A stretch of DNA of 10,092 bases from Myxococcota bacterium (GTDB taxonomy: Bacteria; Myxococcota; XYA12-FULL-58-9; JALHOP01), in contig JBGGMJ010000131.1 in NCBI GenBank assembly GCA_041288095.1, positions 1-10,092 of the forward strand. The letters run 5' to 3'. Shown here one piece after another: positions 1-6,304 of this stretch (the first letter of the stretch is position 1; every line of letters starts with the position of its first letter). Made by a program: the position numbers and the translations under genes. The notes under the pieces were generated by a model. It made no database searches, was not told the origin of the DNA, and worked only from the letters and a program-made list of their open reading frames with translations.

Positions 1-180
1 AACGGCGAGGTCGAGCTGCTCACGGGCAAGGTGAAGAAGCCCGTCCTCTTCAAGTCGAGTCACCAGCACAACGCGGTGCGCGTCTTCCCCAAGCAGTCCG
101 TCAAAGCGAAGCGCGAGAATCACACCGACGCCGAGCTCGGCGAGCTCCTGAAGATCGTGCCCGAAGCCGCGCAGCACTAG
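1..180 (+). CDS. 3' end of a protein of unknown function (partial, runs in from the left edge)
   Basis: Frame 1 is open from base 1 to TAG at 178-180 (NGEVELLTGKVKKPVLFKSSHQHNAVRVFPKQSVKAKRENHTDAELGELLKIVPEAAQH*), with strong G/C bias at third codon positions. It converges on the next gene; the two TAG stops overlap in CTAG at 177-180. Confidence 0.75.
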   Translation, partial: NGEVELLTGKVKKPVLFKSSHQHNAVRVFPKQSVKAKRENHTDAELGELLKIVPEAAQH

Positions 181-1118
181 CCCGTCTTGTTGAAGCGGAT
201 GGTGATGAACAACCGATCACCGGCGTCGATGACACCGTCGCCGCCGACATCGATCGGGCCGTCCCCGGAGATGTTCAGGTAGTAGATGTGCCCGCTGTGC
301 AGATCGGTGCAGTGATTGTTGGACCACGTGCTTGGCGTATCGATGAACGCGGTCATGGCGAGGCCTGGTGCTTCGCAGTGCTGCGAGTCGAAGCGACTCA
401 CGACGTTGCCGACATCGCAGGGCTCGTCGCTGATCGAGAGCTTGTAGCCGTAAAGGCCGCCCCCGAACGTGATGTCGGTGATGTTGTAGGTCAGCCTCGA
501 CGGCTCGTCTGGGAGGCGCACCCGCATGCTGATGACACCCGCGAACTTGAGCCAGCGCAGGTCGATGAGCAGGTTGTTGTTCTGCGCGAGGCTCGTCTCT
601 TCGAAGTCCACCATCGGATAGTCGGAGAGGGGGCAGTTGCCGTAGGACATCTGGCCCGCGCCGAAGATGGTGCAAGAGGCGCCGCCCACGGGACGAATCT
701 CCTGGGTCGCCGGTAGACCAACGCCGCCCTCGGCGCACCATGGCTGCGTGGGCCGTGGCGACGGTCCGTAAACGCGCGTGTCGAACGGTACGCAATAGCG
801 GTCAATGCATTCGCCGGCGAGACCCGCCGTGGCGCAGGCCGTGCCGTTGGGGACGGTGTCGTAGATGCAAGCGCCGGCTTCGTCACAGCGACCGTTGTTG
901 ACGCAGCCGTCATTGGCGGTCGCGGCGCAGGTGCAGGGCGCTGGTTCGCTGCTTGGCGGGGCGTCCGCGGGCTCATCGGCGGGCGGTTCGTCCGGTAGGT
1001 TGTTGCTCGGCGCCGGCAGGCGGGGGTCGGGCAGCTCGAGGGGGCGCAGGCGATCGCCACCGCAATGCAAGCACGCGACCGTTAGCCCCAACGCGAAGAG
1101 ACGTGACACGCCACCCAT
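177..1118 (-). CDS. Cys-rich putative lipoprotein or exported protein, tandem paralog A (313 aa)
   Basis: Hydrophobic N-terminal signal ending in Cys (TVACLHC), Pro/acidic linker, 8-Cys module (CTC...NDGC..NGRCD..GAC...NGTAC...GECIDRYC), then a domain with 6 further Cys and a C-terminal DVGGDGVIDAGD loop. Colinear with 1184-2116. Confidence 0.85.
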   Translation of the reverse strand: MGGVSRLFALGLTVACLHCGGDRLRPLELPDPRLPAPSNNLPDEPPADEPADAPPSSEPAPCTCAATANDGCVNNGRCDEAGACIYDTVPNGTACATAGLAGECIDRYCVPFDTRVYGPSPRPTQPWCAEGGVGLPATQEIRPVGGASCTIFGAGQMSYGNCPLSDYPMVDFEETSLAQNNNLLIDLRWLKFAGVISMRVRLPDEPSRLTYNITDITFGGGLYGYKLSISDEPCDVGNVVSRFDSQHCEAPGLAMTAFIDTPSTWSNNHCTDLHSGHIYYLNISGDGPIDVGGDGVIDAGDRLFITIRFNKTG

Positions 1119-1162
1119 CGCTGTACGTACCCGTGTCGGGCCGCTGCCGGGCGCGCGGCATA

Positions 1163-1180
1163 CCCTGACACGGTGTCGGC
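1163..1180. promoter_or_regulatory. Dyad-symmetric motif upstream of paralog A (candidate operator)
   Basis: CCCTGACACGGTGTCGGC, core GACAC-G-GTGTC. It is 16/18 identical to 2191-2208, which lies upstream of paralog B. Confidence 0.55.
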
Positions 1181-1183
1181 CCC

Positions 1184-2116
1184 TCAGGGGCGGTCGAACT
1201 GCAGCGTGATCAGCAGGCGCTCGCCCGCGTCGATGACGCCGTCGGAGGTGGGGTCCGCCGGCCCTGCGCCATAGATGTTGAAGTAGTAAATGTGTCCGGA
1301 GCGCAGTTGGTTACAGGGTGCGCCCGCGCCCGCCGGCCCGTCGACCGACCCCGCCATGTACGGCCCGCCGCCTTCGCAGTGCGTGGCGTCGAAGCGCGGC
1401 GACGTCACGCCGACATCGCACGGCGTGTCGCTGATGCTCACCAGATAGCCCGGCGTGTTCTGGCCATAGTCCGTGAGAGCGAACAAGAGGTTCGATGGCT
1501 CGTCGGGAATACGCACGCGCAAGCTCAGCACGCCGGCGAACTTCAGCCAGCGCAGGTCGAACTTCGCCTGCAAGCGCGTGGCGAGGCTCGTGTCCTCGAA
1601 GCTGACCATCGGATACGTCTCCACCGGGCAGTTGCCGAAGGCCATCTGGCCGGCCCCGTAGATGGCGCAGGCGGCGCCACCTATCGGATTCAACGGCTGG
1701 GTCGCCGGTAAGCCGACCCCCGAGATCGGACACCAAGGCGGTCGCGCAGGGGGCGGCGTCCCGTAGGTCTGCGTATCGAACGGTATGCAATAGCGGTCAA
1801 TGCACTCACCAGCCAAACCGGTGGTCGTGCAGGTGGTGCCGTTGGTCGCCGTGTCCCAGACACACGCGCCGCCGGCATCGCAGCGGCCGTTGACGGCGCA
1901 TCCATCGTTGATGGTCGCCAAGCACTCGCACGGGGTCTCCTGCGGAGGCTCCTCGGGCGGCGTTTCGGCGGGCGGGGCTTGCGGTGATGTTGGATTGGGG
2001 GCCGCGGGGGGCGGCAATCTCGGGTCCGGTGGATCGACGGGCCGCAAGCGGTCTCCGTTGCAGCACAGGCAGACGAAGGCGAACGCCACCGCCAGGGAAC
2101 GCGACACGCCACCCAT
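1184..2116 (-). CDS. Cys-rich putative lipoprotein or exported protein, tandem paralog B (310 aa)
   Basis: Start placed at ATG 2116 rather than 2131: GGAGG (2122-2126) lies 5 nt upstream, and the N-terminus MGGVSR then matches paralog A exactly. Same signal-Cys, Pro linker, 14 conserved Cys and a DPTSDGVIDAGE loop. Confidence 0.85.
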   Translation of the reverse strand: MGGVSRSLAVAFAFVCLCCNGDRLRPVDPPDPRLPPPAAPNPTSPQAPPAETPPEEPPQETPCECLATINDGCAVNGRCDAGGACVWDTATNGTTCTTTGLAGECIDRYCIPFDTQTYGTPPPARPPWCPISGVGLPATQPLNPIGGAACAIYGAGQMAFGNCPVETYPMVSFEDTSLATRLQAKFDLRWLKFAGVLSLRVRIPDEPSNLLFALTDYGQNTPGYLVSISDTPCDVGVTSPRFDATHCEGGGPYMAGSVDGPAGAGAPCNQLRSGHIYYFNIYGAGPADPTSDGVIDAGERLLITLQFDRP

Positions 2117-2130
2117 CCCAGCCTCCACCA

Positions 2131-2155
2131 AACACGGACTCTGTGGTGAAGTTCC
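2131..2155 (-). promoter_or_regulatory. Possible ECF-sigma-type promoter for paralog B
   Basis: The minus strand reads GGAAC-N17-GTT (GGAAC at 2155-2151, GTT at 2133-2131) just upstream of the GGAGG site. The motif is short and could be chance. Confidence 0.25.
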
Positions 2156-2190
2156 CTACACGTCCGCCGCGGCAGACGGCTTCGCCGCGT

Positions 2191-2208
2191 CCCTGACAGG
2201 CTGTCGGC
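2191..2208. promoter_or_regulatory. Dyad-symmetric motif upstream of paralog B (candidate operator)
   Basis: CCCTGACAGGCTGTCGGC, core GACAG-G-CTGTC. Its two differences from 1163-1180 are mutually compensatory. Confidence 0.55.
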
Positions 2209-2246
2209 GTGCGTGTCGCTTCGCTAGCTCGCGGCGATGCGACGCC

Positions 2247-4154
2247 CTACGGCGTGGGCTGCCCGTTGCTTGCGAGCACCTGCTCGATCGAGCGCGCCGT
2301 CAGTGGATGATACGTGGGCTTCGCCGCCGCGAACACGCGCTCGGCAATCGGTCGACCCCAGTCGCTCGCCACCAAGTCTTTGTAGACGGGGATGATGTAA
2401 CGCCGGCGCCCCTGGGTCGACAGGTGCTCCTCCATCGACGCCACCGCGCCGTCGTAGTGATTCTTGGCCGCGATGCGCAGCCACTCGAAGCGAATGGCGC
2501 GGTTCTTCGTTTGCGAAAACGCGAAGGCCTTGTCGAGCGCCGTCAGCTGCTCGGCCGAGCGCGGCTGGGGCATGTTCTTCAGGAAGTGCAGCCACTGAGC
2601 GGTGATCCAACCCTGGGCGGCGAGCGCGGTGGGCTCGGCGCCGCCTTTGAGCTTCTCGAGCTCCGCGTCGACGTTCGCGAGCAGCTTCGAGCTCGGGGGG
2701 ACCGCGTTGTTCGGCAGGCCCGGTCCGAACACCCATGCGTCGACTTGCGCGGTCTGCACGGCGCCCGCGTCGCCGTTGAACAGACTCTGCTTCACCAGAC
2801 GCACGAACTCTTCGCTGGTGATGCTCTGGAAGGCGTGCGTGTTGAAGTAGTTCTTCATGAAGGCGTCGAAGCGCATCCGTCCGACTGTCCGCTCCAGCAT
2901 ACTGAAGAAGCTCGCGCCCTTCGTGTAGGGAATCGAGTTGACGCCGTCATCGGGGTCGTCTGTCGCCTTCATGTCGAGGCAAAGCTTCGTCTGCTCGGGC
3001 TTGTCCTTGGATTCGACCAGCATCGCCGTGAGCTCCTGCCACTCGAGGACCTGGTTCAAAGCCATGCGGTCCTGGCCGTAGACCGTCTCGAGGATGCGGT
3101 TCTCGAAATACTGGGTCGCGCCTTCGTTCAACCAGAAGTCGTTCCAGGTGCCGTTGGTCACGAGGTTGCCGGACCAGGAGTGCGCGAGCTCGTGCGCGAT
3201 GAGAGACACCATCGACCGGTCTCCGACGATCGACGTCGGCGACACGAACGTGAGTCGCGGGTTTTCCATGCCGCCGAACGGGAACGATGGGGGCAGCACC
3301 AAGATGTCGTAGCGGCCCCAGCGGTAGGGTCCGTAAAGGCGCTCCGCGGCTTCGACCATGTTCTCGGTGTCGGCGTACTCGTAGGCGGCGGACTCGACCA
3401 CCGACGGCTCGGCGTAGACACCGGTACGGTCGCCAATCTTGCGGAACGCCAGGTCGCCGACCGCTAAAGCGATCAAGTACGGGGGGATACGCTCCGGCAT
3501 ATCGAACTGGAACGTGCGCAAGATGCCGTCGACTTCGCCCTCGTCTTCGCCGACGTGGGCCGCGCTCATGACCGCGCGCAGGTCGCTCGGGACATGAATG
3601 CGCGCATCGTAGGTGACGCGGACACTGGGCGTGTCCTGGAGCGGGATCCAGGTGCGCGTGAGGATCGCCTGACCCTGCGTGAAGAGGAACGGCTTCTGCT
3701 TGCCGGCGGTCTGCGACGGCGCGAGGAACTGCAGAGCGGTGGCGTCCGGGGCCGTCACATAGGAGATGACGATCCGATCACCGATCTCGGGGAGCGCGAC
3801 CGTCAACGCGGAGCCGATGAGGCCATCCGAGGCGCTGACCTCGAAGGTGAGCGGTTTACCGGCGCCGTCGACGATGCGCTCGATGAGCAGACCCTTGACG
3901 TCGAGGACGATGTGCTTGGCCGAGGGCTGGCGGTCGACCGTGAGCTTGGCCTCGCCGTGCATGGTGCGGTGCTCGAAGTCGGTCGTCAGGTCGAGGCTGA
4001 CGTGGCGCACCACCGCTTCGGCCGGCCGGGCGTGCGAGTGGATGTCGGCTTTGGCCGGCGCGGTCGGCGGCCCCCGCAGCGTGCCGGTGGTCGAGGTGAC
4101 GTGGGAGCAAGCAGCAAGGGAGAATGCGGCTACCGCGAATAGGAGATTGCGCAT
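2247..4154 (-). CDS. M1 family zinc aminopeptidase (leukotriene A4 hydrolase-like), predicted lipoprotein (635 aa)
   Basis: GGMEN exopeptidase motif; HELAH-x18-E zinc motif (HELAHSWSGNLVTNGTWNDFWLNEG); YTKG catalytic Tyr region; LTA4H-type C-terminal GRRRYIIPVYKDL; N-terminal lipobox LAAC. Confidence 0.95.
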   Translation of the reverse strand: MRNLLFAVAAFSLAACSHVTSTTGTLRGPPTAPAKADIHSHARPAEAVVRHVSLDLTTDFEHRTMHGEAKLTVDRQPSAKHIVLDVKGLLIERIVDGAGKPLTFEVSASDGLIGSALTVALPEIGDRIVISYVTAPDATALQFLAPSQTAGKQKPFLFTQGQAILTRTWIPLQDTPSVRVTYDARIHVPSDLRAVMSAAHVGEDEGEVDGILRTFQFDMPERIPPYLIALAVGDLAFRKIGDRTGVYAEPSVVESAAYEYADTENMVEAAERLYGPYRWGRYDILVLPPSFPFGGMENPRLTFVSPTSIVGDRSMVSLIAHELAHSWSGNLVTNGTWNDFWLNEGATQYFENRILETVYGQDRMALNQVLEWQELTAMLVESKDKPEQTKLCLDMKATDDPDDGVNSIPYTKGASFFSMLERTVGRMRFDAFMKNYFNTHAFQSITSEEFVRLVKQSLFNGDAGAVQTAQVDAWVFGPGLPNNAVPPSSKLLANVDAELEKLKGGAEPTALAAQGWITAQWLHFLKNMPQPRSAEQLTALDKAFAFSQTKNRAIRFEWLRIAAKNHYDGAVASMEEHLSTQGRRRYIIPVYKDLVASDWGRPIAERVFAAAKPTYHPLTARSIEQVLASNGQPTP

Positions 4155-5032
4155 GGTGGCATCGGCTTAGCGCGTTGCTCGGGCCTTGAGAAGAGGCCGC
4201 GCGCCGCCAGCATGCCGGCTATCACGAGCCCCGTGCCAAGCCACTGCATGAGGCCCATGGGCTCATCCAAAAGCAGGGCGGCGACGCCGATCACCAGCGG
4301 CCGTTGCAACAACGTGAAGATCGAAACCCGCGTCGCGCCAACCAGCTGCATCGCCTTGAGGAAGGCGACATTGGCGAGCGCGGCGAAGACGCCGGTCCAC
4401 AGGCTTGCGACCACGGCGGCCGGCGGGAACGTTCGTACGAGGGGTCCTACGACGAGCACGGCGCACACGCCTTGAACAGTCATGACCCACGATGAGACCA
4501 CGGCCGGCGCGACCCGCGTCATCAGGGCGTCGAGGTGCAGGCGGTAGACACACGATGAGACCACGGCCGCCGCGCATGCCGCGACGCCGAGCGTGTCGAG
4601 ATTGGCGTCGCCCGGAAGCTCGAGGGTCATCAACACGCCACAGACACACGCGGCGACCCCTAACCAGAAGAGTGGCCCGGTCCGCTCCCGGCCGCGCATG
4701 TGATTGACGGCGGCCACCAGCGCCGGCGTGGTCGTCACCGCCACGACCACGATGCTCGTGGGCACACGCGTGAGCGCGAACAAGGTCAGACCCGAGGTCG
4801 TCGCCAGGAGCAAGCCACCGAAGGCGACACCGCGCCGGTCGCGTGGGCTCGCCGGCAGCTTCGTGGCGACGCTGGCGCGGAAGCGGGTGATGGGCCAGAC
4901 CGCGAGCGCCGCGACCAGACAACGGCCGACGAACAGCGATTCGAGGGGGACGCCGTGGGTGTAACCGAGCTTGGCGACCAGCGGCTCGAACGACGCGGCC
5001 AGGAGCGCTAAGAGTAGCCAGACCGTCGTCAC
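4130..5032 (-). CDS. EamA/DMT family inner-membrane transporter (about 300 aa)
   Basis: True start is probably GTG 5032, overlapping the upstream TGA as GTGA; the Arg-rich N-terminal part of ORF 4130..5695 is spurious. About 10 hydrophobic segments in two repeats, with a typical EamA end (AFLKAMQLVGATRVSIFTLLQRPLVIGVAALLLDEPMGLMQWLGTGLVIAG). The stop overlaps the peptidase start by 25 nt. Confidence 0.88.
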   Translation of the reverse strand: MTTVWLLLALLAASFEPLVAKLGYTHGVPLESLFVGRCLVAALAVWPITRFRASVATKLPASPRDRRGVAFGGLLLATTSGLTLFALTRVPTSIVVVAVTTTPALVAAVNHMRGRERTGPLFWLGVAACVCGVLMTLELPGDANLDTLGVAACAAAVVSSCVYRLHLDALMTRVAPAVVSSWVMTVQGVCAVLVVGPLVRTFPPAAVVASLWTGVFAALANVAFLKAMQLVGATRVSIFTLLQRPLVIGVAALLLDEPMGLMQWLGTGLVIAGMLAARGLFSRPEQRAKPMPPCAISYSR

Positions 5033-6192
5033 GACACGCGCTCGTAGCGCTGCTGCTCGGGCGCGCGATGGCGCGGGCGGGAGACGTGCAATCGCTCGTT
5101 GATCTCGGAGGCCGACAGCGCTCCCCAGCCGAGGCTCGCGAGATTGCGGCAACCCGCGAAGAGCTCGGGGCCCAAGAGCACGCGCGCCAAGGAGACGACC
5201 GAATCGAGCACGGGCACGTCGAGCATCGCCTTCTTGGCGAGCTGGTGCGCCGGCAACAGCGTGCAGGTCACGTCTTCGCGCAGGTAGCGGTGATCGAGCT
5301 TCGTGGGCGCGATGCTCGTCTGGTAGTTCGGCACCGTGCGCATGGCGTGCAGGAGGGTGCCGCTGGTGTCGCATCCGTAATAGCGGTCGAGGAGGTCGCG
5401 CGCCGAGATGAGCGAGCTGCCATAGGCGCCCGCGATCGAGCGAAACTCGGCTTCGAGCGCTTCGATGAGCGCGGCCGTGCGCGGGGTGAAGCCGTCCATA
5501 TAGAAGAGGAAGGACTCGCCGCGGTCGACACGGTTCGCGTTCACCAGCACCGTGAGCGGGTGGACCAAGGCGCCGAAGTCGGTAAGGCCGCGCTGCACCA
5601 GGTTCGCGGCGCGCTCGACCTGCGGGAAGAAGCGCTGCAGCAGCGCGACGCCGCGCTCCATGTCCTCGGCCGCGGGGGTGGCCGCCAGGTTCCATTTCTT
5701 GATGCCGCGGACGTGCACCGAGCCGTCGTCTTGGAGGCGTGCCGCGAACAACGCGTCGGTCTCCGCGATGAGGTCGGGTTGGGCGCCGCCGTGCGCGTCG
5801 ATGGCACGGGCCAGCTCGAGCGAGCCGAAGAGCTTGCTCGAGAAGACGATGATCTCGTGGGCGCTCGTCAGGTAGGGCGCCATCTGCCGCGCGACATCGC
5901 GATACGCCGTCGCGACGGTGCAGACGAAGACGGTCGGGCAGATGCTCAAGAGCTCTTCCATGGAGCTCGTCACCATGGGGACGGCAAAGAGCCCGTCGAT
6001 GGCACCCGTGGCGCGCAGTAGCTTGGTCGTGGCAACCGCGGCGATCTTCCGCGGCGTCCGAACGAACAGGTGCGGGGCGTAGCCGCGCTGTGCCAGGTAC
6101 GCCGCCAGAGCATGGGCGCTATTACCTCCGCCGACGATGCCGACGGGGCCTTCGTTCGAGCGCGGAAAACGTACGGTGCGCAAACGAATCAT
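5029..6192 (-). CDS. NAD(P)-dependent opine dehydrogenase, octopine/nopaline dehydrogenase family (387 aa)
   Basis: Rossmann IVGGGNSAHALA; IAETDAL segment; LTDFGALVHPLTVLVNANR (catalytic His region); FLFYMDGFTP; HRYLREDV (catalytic Asp). These resemble the Arthrobacter CENDH-type opine dehydrogenase motifs as I recall them. GAGGGAG lies just upstream of the ATG. Confidence 0.88.
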   Translation of the reverse strand: MIRLRTVRFPRSNEGPVGIVGGGNSAHALAAYLAQRGYAPHLFVRTPRKIAAVATTKLLRATGAIDGLFAVPMVTSSMEELLSICPTVFVCTVATAYRDVARQMAPYLTSAHEIIVFSSKLFGSLELARAIDAHGGAQPDLIAETDALFAARLQDDGSVHVRGIKKWNLAATPAAEDMERGVALLQRFFPQVERAANLVQRGLTDFGALVHPLTVLVNANRVDRGESFLFYMDGFTPRTAALIEALEAEFRSIAGAYGSSLISARDLLDRYYGCDTSGTLLHAMRTVPNYQTSIAPTKLDHRYLREDVTCTLLPAHQLAKKAMLDVPVLDSVVSLARVLLGPELFAGCRNLASLGWGALSASEINERLHVSRPRHRAPEQQRYERVS

Positions 6193-6207
6193 CGCTCCCT
6201 CTGCGAT

Positions 6208-6228
6208 TGAGAATGACTCGCAATCTCA
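6208..6228. promoter_or_regulatory. Fur-box-like operator upstream of the opine dehydrogenase operon
   Basis: TGAGAATGACTCGCAATCTCA. 6208-6222 matches TGAGAAT-N-ATTCTCA at 12/14, and the 19-mer 6209-6227 matches GATAATGATAATCATTATC at 13/19 on the minus strand. It is an AT-richer island 15 nt upstream of the start codon. Confidence 0.65.
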
Positions 6229-6284
6229 TCGCAGACGCGGAAAGGCAAGGAGAAAGAGTGGGAGGGCCATCTTGGTTGTCGGCG

Positions 6285-6303
6285 GGAAGAGGCCGAACGG
6301 CCT
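6285..6303 (-). terminator. Possible weak terminator or stabilising hairpin after the pseudokinase gene
   Basis: AGGCC-GTTC-GGCCT hairpin (6290-6303) immediately after the TGA at 6305. It is followed only by CTTCC, with no real U-tract. Confidence 0.3.
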
Positions 6304-6304
6304 G

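Noticed and set aside
1163..1180. PafBC-type TGTCGG-N10-TA-N3-T promoter motif or CRISPR repeat
   Set aside because: The downstream TA-N3-T element is absent. There are only two copies about 1 kb apart, with no spacer array or cas genes.
177..2116. Diversity-generating retroelement (template/variable repeat) as an explanation for the duplicated genes
   Set aside because: Both copies are full ORFs, the differences include indels and are not adenine-specific, and no reverse transcriptase is present in the window.
1800..3467. 555-aa + strand ORF, and other long + strand ORFs (5068-6021, 6137-7135, 9215-9964, 3555-4142)
   Set aside because: Antisense shadows of well-supported minus-strand genes, as expected in high-GC DNA. 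They have no recognisable motifs or start signals.
5033..5695. N-terminal 221 codons of ORF 4130..5695, suggesting a large fusion transporter
   Set aside because: Arg/Pro/Ala-rich out-of-frame overlap with the opine dehydrogenase. The hydrophobic EamA sequence begins at GTG 5032.
5029..6192. Naming the gene cntM, ocs or nos
   Set aside because: Only family-level motifs are recognisable. There is no cntL or opine-catabolism context, so orthology cannot be supported.
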